Below are positions 56,201 through 64,000 of a stretch of 64,000 bases of DNA, piece by piece. The number at the start of each line of letters is the position of its first letter. Position 1 is the first letter of the stretch. Source of the DNA: Saccostrea echinata (Eukaryota). Under the pieces are notes generated by a model, which worked only from the letters and a program-made list of their open reading frames with translations, was not told where the DNA came from and ran no database searches. The stretch spans positions 1,178,001-1,242,000 of the forward strand of contig NW_026889833.1 of assembly GCF_033153115.1 (NCBI RefSeq), written 5' to 3'. The translations under genes and the position numbers were made by a program.

Positions 56201-59200
56201 AGCAATTATTTTTTTAAAAATCTGACCTCTGTCTATTCATGTCCTCTTAAATTAATACAAAATAAAACAAAAGCTACCGGTACTGCTTTTATTTATTTAT
56301 CTAAAACTTCTTTTTTTATAATTTTTAATAAATTTGCTCAGAGTTTTAAAAACTTTGAGAGTTCAAATCTCTACCTTGAATTTGTCCCAGTACCACCAGA
56401 CTCTGTCCCCTGTCTCTATCAGTAACACAGGGGGGTGGTAGGCACGGTCTGATATCTCCACTTTGTACTCCCTACGGTCATCAAATGTATTTACAGTAAA
56501 GCAATTCAACATCGTCAAGTCTTAAGCAAAAGTTAGGGAACTTAATGTTAATATTTCCCGTACTTTTTAATAGGCAAACCTTTAAAACTAGACTATATTT
56601 AAGAAGAGCACTTTTCAATATCATCCTGTACTTCCAAGAAATGGCATGGCACGTACTGCCATACATTTAGGTAACTAGGCACACAAAAGGAATATTAAAT
56701 TGAAATTGTTATTAACTATCATGAAGATCCACTTAGGAAACATTCCTTAATGTTAATTCTTTCTCAATAGATAACTCTCTTTAATACCTGATGCTTTGCC
56801 GGACTCTCACAACACAGAAATGTTGTTTATGAAGCTCGGAACTCTCTGTCTGAAAAAAGTATATTCCTGGACGCCTGATAAAAAGAAAAATGTTTTCTTG
56901 TAAATTTTTTTGATGCATAATTTCTCCTATTCAAAATGCACCATGTACAATTATTACCTCTACTAAAAAGTTAATAATAAAGTCGTTATATATATATATA
57001 CAATGTAAATCAGACTTACGGAAATTTTTTTGAGAAGTGTCCTGTGATTGTTCTTACAACATTACTGAAAAAAAATAATCATGATTAAAAGATTTACATG
57101 TCTTAAATCATAAATACATGTAGTTGATTAAACTAGAAGGAAATTTCTGTGTACAGTGATACCTTTAATAAGTTTAATATATAGAGAATATTACATACTA
57201 AGATCCATATCATGTGTCATATCAGCCCGAGTGGCCCCATATCAGCCCGAGGGCTGATATGGGGCCTGAGGGCTGATATGACATATGATATGGATTTCAG
57301 TGTGTAGTATTCTATTTATCATATATTTAAAATACTTAATATGCGAGTTAACATAAAGTCATTGAAGAATGTTTCCTGCATGTCTATGACCCTTTTCTTT
57401 AAAATCTAATAGCGCCAATAATACATCTTTCAAAACAAATTAGTCCACAAATGTTCATAAAGAATTATTTTACATGTATATTGAAATAAAATCAAGTTAA
57501 TTAACTTTTAAATTTTATACAAACGTTACTTCCAGTTTGATATGGATTTTTGCACGCTGGTCCGACACGCGATTAGGGTTGGATACCGTTAAGAATGAAA
57601 CAGTACGATACCATACCAGTATTTTTGAAACGATGAGGTATTTTTAACGATATGGTACTATACCTTGATGAATGAGAATAAGGGTTCATTTCATAACAAA
57701 TATGCTTTCACCAATCATCAACCTTTCAATGTTATAACCTAAAATGAGCTTATAAACTATGTTTATATTTCAACCTTTTAATAAATGACCAACAAAACAA
57801 ATAAATTAAATCTCAAACAAATTAACTTGAATAGATACATAATCACAAGTATACACAACTTCCATGGTTGCTAGGACCCATTTTGTTTGGTCACACTAAA
57901 CAACGAGACATTAGAAGATGGATAGAAATGCACATCATATTATTGCGACATTTTGCCTTTTTAATTTACATTTATTATCAGTTTTTATTAATTAAGTTAA
58001 ACACGATTAATCTTAATAAAAGAGATATACATACTGATTTACCTCGAATATTGGCAGTCGAAAGCAAGTGTCGTATAGTCATACTAAGCATCCATTTCGT
58101 TAATTAGCCTACCCTTTCAATGTGCAGAGAATTCTATTTTAGCGAGTTTTAAATCATTTTGAATGTATTAAAATGTTTCTAAGATTAAGAAATAGTACCG
58201 TTATTAGTACCGATATTAAATGAAATGGTATTTTACCGGTATTTTTGAAGTAACTATTCGGTATGGTTTTGGTACCGAGTACCGGTATCCAACCCTACAC
58301 GTGATATGGATTTTTGGACCGGTCCTTGACATGGGGTATTGTGACGTCACCCATATTGCAAAGTGCAGAATCGGTGTATTTACTACTTAGTATATGATAA
58401 AGGTCTTTAACAATTATATCAGAATTTCAAAAGAAACTGGTCTTTGAGAATGAAATTTTCATCATAAATAACTACAATAAAACTGGAAACAATGGAAATA
58501 TAATGAATTCATGCTTACAGCAAAGTGATTTATATTCCCTGTAGGTTTTAAACATACCAGTACTATATATGCATTTAACAGATATACAACAAATTACATT
58601 TATTATGAATCAAGTTGTTTAATACCTGACACTTTGCCAAAACCATGTTTTACTGTAAGTATATTCTTTACAGATTTTCTTCATACATAAAACACATACC
58701 TTGCCCCATCTGCCCACTGACTTTTGACAAACACTCCTTTGTCAAACAGATAATTCACTTCCTGTACGGAGTGGGGCACAGTACAGTCCTTCCATGACCA
58801 CTCAACCGTGTCCCCCTGGTCAACAGCAATGATCTGGGGGTTAAAACCATCGTCTGTCACTCCTGCCCTCAACGGCAGACGTCGTCTTACAATCACAGTC
58901 AGAGGTGTACAACGTATCTTAGACCTAAAAGAGAAAGAAACTTTGAAAACTAAGCTGAAAACATTAACTTGTAGAGTACACAGAATGGATCCCACTGAAA
59001 ACATGAATATTAAGTTGTACACAGAATGGAACCCTCAATTCTCAAAATGCTAGTTTATAACTAGATCACAGTGCGACTTTTATCTTCAGCTTACACTGCA
59101 AATTTATATTCTCCTTCTAAGTTGAATTGTTGTATATAGTTATCATCTTTGTCCTTGACCTTGGCATCTTTGGAACCAAATCCACCAATCACAGGTCTTA

Positions 59201-60055
59201 GGTTGTCACCATCATGGATCACCTAGGTAACCAAATCAGTCACAGACTTTATGAATACATGTAACAGTAAAGTATCTCATGGCAAATTTTAGAGGGTCTT
59301 GTAAAAAAAAAAAAAGAATAACGAAATAATTTAAATTTGTGGAAATAATTATAACCTGAACAATCTCCAGGGTCTTTCTGCCTCCCTTTTCAAACAAAAC
59401 TCCTTGACCTTCCATAATGATGACCTCTGGCACTGCAAACCCTGTATCCATGACATCCACCCTAGCACATTGAACTCCCTCTATTGTTGAAATAAAAATC
59501 AAAACATGTCTTTCATTTTACTAATAGGTAAAAAAGCAGCATTTCTCCATTTTACTTTTTACATTTTGCTATAAAAATTCATTCAAATCAGTTGATGCTT
59601 AATAAAGTGTAATCCCGTTCTTGATATTTTTCATTGTTCTAGAAGAAAATCTGGCAGATTCACAAGATTATACATTTCCACCTCTACAATAATTTGAGGA
59701 TTGCAAAAACTTTTCTGGAAATAAAATGATGCTGTCAAACACAAAAACTTCATTAACTAACCAACATATTTCATTTTACTGGTATCCACTTCCTCCCCAT
59801 CTATCTGTGCCAGATTCCGGGAGCCCCTCTGACTGAGGTCTGTTGGCTTACTAGCCTGTTCCTCCATGGTTGATTGGGAAGGACCCTCCTCTACTTGCTC
59901 AAGGGGGTCAGTCCCTGTGTCCACTCTTGCTGGTCCCTCCTGTTCCTGGTCTGGGGGGTTGGTCCCTGCTTCAACTTTTGTAGAACCCTCCTCCTCTTGT
60001 CTTATGGGACTAGTCCCAGTCTCAACTTTTGTTGGAGGGGTCTCTTCTGGTTCCT
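13865..60055 (-). CDS. Giant uncharacterised multidomain protein (7 cupredoxin-like repeats, Fn3-associated domain, ~16 fibronectin type III repeats, C-terminal thioredoxin-like domain); 5'-incomplete
   Basis: 57 core exons with GT-AG boundaries and matching intron phases give one open frame of ~10.1 kb ending at TGA 13865-13867. The first exon found (59762-60055) begins in phase 1, so further exons lie upstream. Confidence 0.9.
14904..16374 (-). CDS. Giant gene: TlpA/ResA-like thioredoxin-fold domain with CxxS
   Basis: Exons 16168-16374, 15870-15933, 15528-15705, 15282-15386 and 14904-15059 give TAILFWTPWCHGSQK...FIAVS...LGIAGVPTFLFIHADGYIAW. Confidence 0.8.
16607..36391 (-). CDS. Giant gene: main array of ~14 FN3 repeats
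   Basis: Exons 36195-36391, 35966-36088, 35664-35814, 35252-35390, 34701-34914, 34277-34397, 33718-33915, 33191-33386, 31098-31238, 25237-25332, 25046-25135, 24690-24863, 23319-24247, 22812-22938, 22333-22558, 21867-22062, 20711-20790, 20114-20378, 19404-19582, 18124-18478, 17819-17947, 17498-17652, 17095-17389, 16607-16764. Repeated PxPP..vxWxxP..GYx(I/V)Y(V/L)(N/D)..LxPGxxY motifs. Confidence 0.9.
18580..19331 (+). mobile_element. Non-autonomous Helentron/HINE-like repeat interrupted by a MITE
   Basis: Internal units 'cccaaggatgcttt..caagtttggttaaaattggcc' and an end 'ctcacttgagcc...aggt..actaaaa'-like motif resemble the abundant oyster Helentron-type repeats; recognised by eye. Confidence 0.5.
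18669..18889. mobile_element. MITE with TA-bounded inverted ends, CpG-rich
   Basis: tactgtagattcct...tacgcgag at the left end matches ctcgcgta...aggaatttaaagta at the right end as imperfect inverted repeats; internal cgcga repeats. Confidence 0.75.
32225..32645. repeat. Degenerate minisatellite (~60-75 bp unit)
   Basis: Repeated ctagcttcaatct...tagctttaagcatacaatgagtt...agttaggatctagttagttaccct. Confidence 0.85.
36527..42234 (-). CDS. Giant gene: low-complexity linker exons (42154-42234, 40522-40575, 38434-40326, 37934-37945, 36527-37107)
   Basis: All begin in phase 1, and the first four are frame-symmetric (81, 54, 1893 and 12 nt). The 638-aa and 208-aa ORFs in the track are these exons. 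Confidence 0.75.
43136..48030 (-). CDS. Giant gene: first two FN3 repeats
   Basis: Exons 47902-48030, 47446-47598, 46621-46785, 44592-44688 and 43136-43300 give EVFWEEP..KGYQIFLNG..ITGLAGNRIYEV and VVVWMS..IKGYLVFLND. Confidence 0.85.
48155..49396 (-). CDS. Giant gene: chitobiase/beta-hexosaminidase C-terminal (Fn3-associated) domain exons
   Basis: Exons 49239-49396, 48838-48944 and 48155-48254. The first two encode IELVCETLGSKIFYTTDGSPP...LYNPEKGVIL...IRAMAVKEGLLNS, the typical 'IYYTxDGSxP...I(R/K)A(M/I)A' signature. Confidence 0.82.
48644..48797. mobile_element. Degenerate Tc1/mariner-pogo-type MITE
   Basis: TA-CAGT...ACTG-TA ends; similar to the copy at 61279. Confidence 0.55.
50476..59480 (-). 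CDS. Giant gene: exons encoding seven cupredoxin/plastocyanin-like repeats
   Basis: Exons 59356-59480, 59095-59222, 58700-58924, 57020-57064, 56788-56874, 56375-56471, 56016-56122, 55455-55612, 55203-55349, 54782-54927, 54303-54535, 53918-54136, 53597-53684, 52824-52934, 51847-51924, then 50687-50843 or 50476-50635. The repeated pattern is GFxPxxxxVxxGDxVxWxW...H(N/S)V...HTFxxPGxYxY. Confidence 0.85.
52087..52754. mobile_element. Tc1/mariner-pogo-type MITE(s), apparently composite
   Basis: The left end tacagtaaaact pairs with gttttactgta at 52675 and with a second right end ttttactgta at 52754; internal ggatatagc(a/g)aa repeats. Confidence 0.75.
53146..53306. mobile_element. Palindromic (fold-back) element
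   Basis: Near-perfect ~75-bp arms taaggaataactgtc...gcataaacgcc-gaa-ggcgtttatgc...gacagttattcctta. Confidence 0.85.
53815..53910. repeat. (CAGA)n-like simple repeat
   Basis: Degenerate acagacagac / gctagaca units next to the donor of exon 53918-54136. Confidence 0.7.
57179..58400. mobile_element. Composite non-autonomous element with 5' hairpin (57179-57319)
   Basis: Hairpin built from atatcagccc/gggctgatat units; ttatcatata (57316) and tatatgataa (~58390-58400) form an inverted pair; internal tgatatggattt repeats. Confidence 0.65.
57574..58297. mobile_element. hAT-type MITE with 8-bp target-site duplication
   Basis: Perfect 15-bp TIR TAGGGTTGGATACCG...CGGTATCCAACCCTA flanked by cacgcgat / cacgtgat; sub-terminal tacc/ggta repeats. 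Confidence 0.9.
59762..60055 (-). CDS. Giant gene: acidic exon with three ~17-aa repeats
   Basis: Phase 1-1 exon containing TKVETGTSP..EEG / TKVEAGTNP..QEG / ARVDTGTDP..EEG. Confidence 0.75.
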
Positions 60056-61278
60056 CTACAAAATATAGATCATACAATTGTAAACTCTTTCTCATCTCAA
60101 TTTTATAAATTTGAATTTCAGCAAAACTTTTAAATTGACATTGATTTTAATATGAAGTCCTCTAAAACTGGTTTCATTGCCTCGCTAATTTCAGTGCTTG
60201 AATAACTTTTGCTTCAACTTTCGAAAGAAAAGGAAAATTTACAAATTCAAAAGTTTTCTATTTTCCTCTCTAACTGAAAATTTTGAATATGAAAAATTAT
60301 TACAGGTTTATTAGCTAATTCTACAATTGCCACCAACCTACATTTTAAATTAGTTAAAGCAAAGTACAGTACTACTTGTAGTGTCCTATTCAAGCAGTAT
60401 TCTATACATCTGAAATCCACATATATTCAAATTTACATTTTTGAGGGATTATCATTCAAACTCTACATCATGAGCAACTATACGTTGCAATCTAGTAGAG
60501 TAATTATTAATCAACCAGACTACATCAATGTTCATTTGTAACATGATTAAAAAAAGGGGGATGCAGCAATTGTCTGACTATTCAGTAAAGTTTTAACATT
60601 GTTGCTATGACTAATAGATATAAGCAAATTTATATTCTTTGAGAGAGAGCTGAGTTTAAAGTGTAGGGAACTCAACAGTTAAACAATTGTTTGGTAGCCA
60701 TCAAAGGATTTCACTGAAGTGAAAGTAAACATTTTATTTTGGGCATACAATTAGATAAATTATATACACTTGAAGTGTTTTCTGTTATCATGAAATAAAT
60801 ACCTAAAATGTAGATAAAGCAAAATGTCAACAAAACAAATGAACCTCTTGGTAACCCAACTATTAACTAAATACTTATAATCAGTTTTCTCTACGCATAC
60901 ATGCTAGGGTAAAAATGGCATTCTATGTGATTTCAATTTTTATGTGCACTTAAAACTAGCTTTTAACTGATTATGCATTTCAAAGGAAGCTATAGCAGCT
61001 ATAATATTGGCCTTAAATCAATACTGCAAAACGTGGTAACTTGTGCTGATATCTTGAAAAGATGACGTCGCTATCAAACTGCTGAATTTTGCTCTCATAA
61101 TGATATATGTTCTATAGATTCTACAGTAAATAGAACACTTTCTTGCAATATCTGCATTATTACAAGTTAAGTGCAAGTTTATACTAAACAAATAACAACA
61201 TGACATTTTGATGGATTATATCATTACTGGTTAGATTTATAGCCTGTAAGTGTTTAAAATGCACCTGTCCAGTTAATA

Positions 61279-61456
61279 TACAGTAAAACCTCGTTATCTC
61301 GAACTTGAAGGAAACGAGAAAATACTTCGAGATAACCGAGGATTCGAAATATCCAGGGTAAAATACTTAAGAAATAAGCAGGTGGGACTTCAAAATCACT
61401 TTGAAATATCCATGGTGTTTGAGATATCCGTGTTCGAGATACCGAAGTTCAACTGT
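61279..61456. mobile_element. Tc1/mariner-pogo-type MITE
   Basis: tacagtaaaacctcgttatctcgaac ... gttcgagataccgaagttcaactgt; internal ttcgagata repeats. Confidence 0.8.
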
Positions 61457-62734
61457 TTTTGAACATGCTGAAAGCTGAGTTACTTAGTATAAGTGTAGCT
61501 CTTTGATACTACAAAATATATACATGTAGCTATAGTTGTCTGAATATTTCTTTAAGAACATTGCAGATCAGGTATCTGATATTTATTGATGATACATGAT
61601 TATTTGGCTAAAACCTCTAGTAAATATGAAGATCTTTTTGATGTTCAAACACTTGTGTGTGAATACCTACAGGGATCTAAATACAAAAGCATTTTCCCAA
61701 AAAATTAAACGTTTAATTATCAGGAAGGCATGAGGCATGATTTTTCTTATTTTTCTCTGATAAAGCAAAAAATTTACACCAGACTTTTGTCAATATATCG
61801 ATACGTATTGATATTCCAGAATGTATCATATCCAAAATATAACTTACAATACGTATCAGACAGGCAGTTTTCCTTATAATTCTGTGAAAAAGTTGGGAAT
61901 TTCAATTACCAAAGATAATATTTAAAGGAGATAGCACATCTTATATAATTACTACAAAATACATGGACAACTATATTTTAACATGCTAGTTTTACAGTCG
62001 TTAAAAGTTTGAATTTGAAGTGTAATTTGTAATGATAGTGAGACAAGAACTTCGAATTTGGTTATAAAACATAAACATATAAAACACTCAGTTTTTATCA
62101 ACTTTATGCATTAAATGATTTAGAAGAATTTTTTTGATAGACTTGTTAAAGAATCCAATATATCGCATGTCGCTTTATAAAATTTTGTATCATATCATGT
62201 AGCATCAAAAAATTCTGCTCAATACACAGCCCTAGGAAGTATTTATTAATAAGGATTTGTCCTCAAAAAATAATCACTTAAAGGGGTAAATATTTGAAAA
62301 TACATGTACTGAACATTACTGCATCATACTATTGTACTGAAACAGTATCAAGCCATATGAACATACAATAGTGTATTGATATGGCCACTTTCTTCCTCAT
62401 CCCTAAGATACAGGAGTGAAAACACTAGGGAAAAAATATAACTGAGCAAACAAACAAGAGCAACAATTGAAGGATTGAGAACACGAGCCTGAAAAAGTGA
62501 GAGAGGGCAGCAACAATTGAGGGTGACAGCAATTAATAGAGAGCAAAATGCTGGGCAGCAACCAGAGAAAAGCAACATCATCAATTTGTTGCACTTAATT
62601 TTCTATGCACCCTTGATTTGCTGCTACCTAAACTGTGGACTCTGCAATCTCATATCCCTCATATTCTCCCTGACCTGATCAGTAAGCAATATATGAAAAA
62701 CACATTATTTGAGATTTACATGAAATACGGACAT

Positions 62735-62950
62735 AACAAACAGTAATCAAGCTCAAAACTCCACTGAAACTATACACATCGGGAGCAGAGCAAACACGAT
62801 CTCTAAAAGCATCCGAGGTGGGATCAGCTGCCATGCAGGAGTAAGCATCCCCTGTCAACCAGTCACACCAACCATGTGTTCCTTGTTATGATCGAGCAAG
62901 CAGAAAAATCCATAAATTCAGTGTGTAAATAATGGCCTAACAATTAGTAT
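62735..62950 (-). repeat. Fragment of a dispersed bivalve repeat (probably a retroelement 3' region)
   Basis: gaggtgggatcag...aggagtaagcatcccctgtc..ccagtcacac resembles a common oyster interspersed repeat; class not established. Confidence 0.4.
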
Positions 62951-63081
62951 GAAAAATGTGCCAACCCACAGATATGAATATTAAGTCTCCCAAAAAGATG
63001 CATTTTAAACTAGCATATGAATTAAAATAAGATTAATGTTCACAAAAAATAATTTAGCTATTATCATGATGATAATGAATA

Positions 63082-63254
63082 TACAGTAAAACATGCTTAT
63101 AGCGAACAAGCTTATAATGAATTGATGCTTACAGGTAAGTGATTTTCATTCTGCCTGGCCTTAAAATATAATATGAACTTAACGGATATTTAACTACTTA
63201 TCAAAATTTTCCTTCCCTGGCACTCTGTCTTTGTTATAAACATGTTTTACTGTA
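63082..63254. mobile_element. Tc1/mariner-pogo-type MITE
   Basis: TIR tacagtaaaacatgcttata ... tataaacatgttttactgta. Confidence 0.8.
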
Positions 63255-64000
63255 CATGTATGTAAGCTTATAACATTACAGAACATATGAACAATTTACA
63301 TTTCTATATAGCATATTACAATGAACATTTAAATACCTTGCACAGTTTCCATATTTTGTATACTTATATCCCAGATTTCTAAAAACCTGTTAAATTCCAA
63401 CAAATATTAATGACAAAAATCCTTAATGAAACGTTTTCAATGTTTATGAGTTTAACTTATAATCGTTCACCTTTATTGATACACAAGCACGCTGCTGCCA
63501 TTAGAAACACTATCAAATTGTCGCCTGAGATAGGAAAATGGAAATTTTAAATCGGAACTTTCAATCCTTCCACCTATACCCATGTTACCGAGAAATCTTT
63601 GCACTGCAGATCTACTCATTTGAAAGTGTGTTTGATATAGCGACAGGTTTTGGATTGATGTATCAATAGCCTGATATCTAGTCAAACAAGCAGGGAGATT
63701 ATTAACAGAAAATCCTGTCCTTGTTTAGGTTTAAATTATATTACCCAGGTAAGTTTCAGTGCAGGTATATTCTAAACAATGGCTACCTGTGTGCTTGTGC
63801 ATAATATAATGCTTCTGGTCTGATCTTTACCTGGTGATTTCTCCAAGAATGAGAATTGAGCAATTTGAGCAGAGATGCAAACTGTAATGTTGCATTTCGA
63901 TCAAGACAACAACATTAAACATAGGATTTTGTCACTTCCAAGCTTCAATACAAGCTTGACATACACAAATTTGGTACTCCATGAAAACAGCTACTCAACA

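Noticed and set aside
61780-62235. Complete hAT MITE
   Set aside because: A right end (..cagcccta) and gtatc/gatac repeats are visible, but no matching left TIR or TSD was found.

Overview
AT-rich, intron-rich animal genomic DNA. The repeat families suggest a bivalve mollusc, probably an oyster; that assignment is inference. Most short ORFs in the track are spurious or are exon fragments. The window holds four main things. (1) The 3' part of a decayed LINE retrotransposon (1-2918). (2) A head-to-head pair, an RD3-like gene (-) and BRK1/HSPC300 (+, 3 exons), sharing a compact YY1/ETS/CCAAT promoter. (3) A giant uncharacterised minus-strand gene (13865 to >60055; start not found). Hand-splicing gives 57 phase-consistent GT-AG core exons (~3,380 aa, ~4,090 aa with optional exons). 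Its architecture is 7 cupredoxin-like repeats, a CHB_HEX_C/Fn3-associated domain, 2 FN3, a modular low-complexity linker, ~14 FN3, a TlpA-like thioredoxin domain with WCHGS (CxxS), and a basic tail. It carries a cryptic pair of mutually exclusive duplicated exons, microexons and a 1.9-kb cassette/terminal exon. (4) Many SINEs, MITEs, Helentron-like and hairpin elements, some nested.
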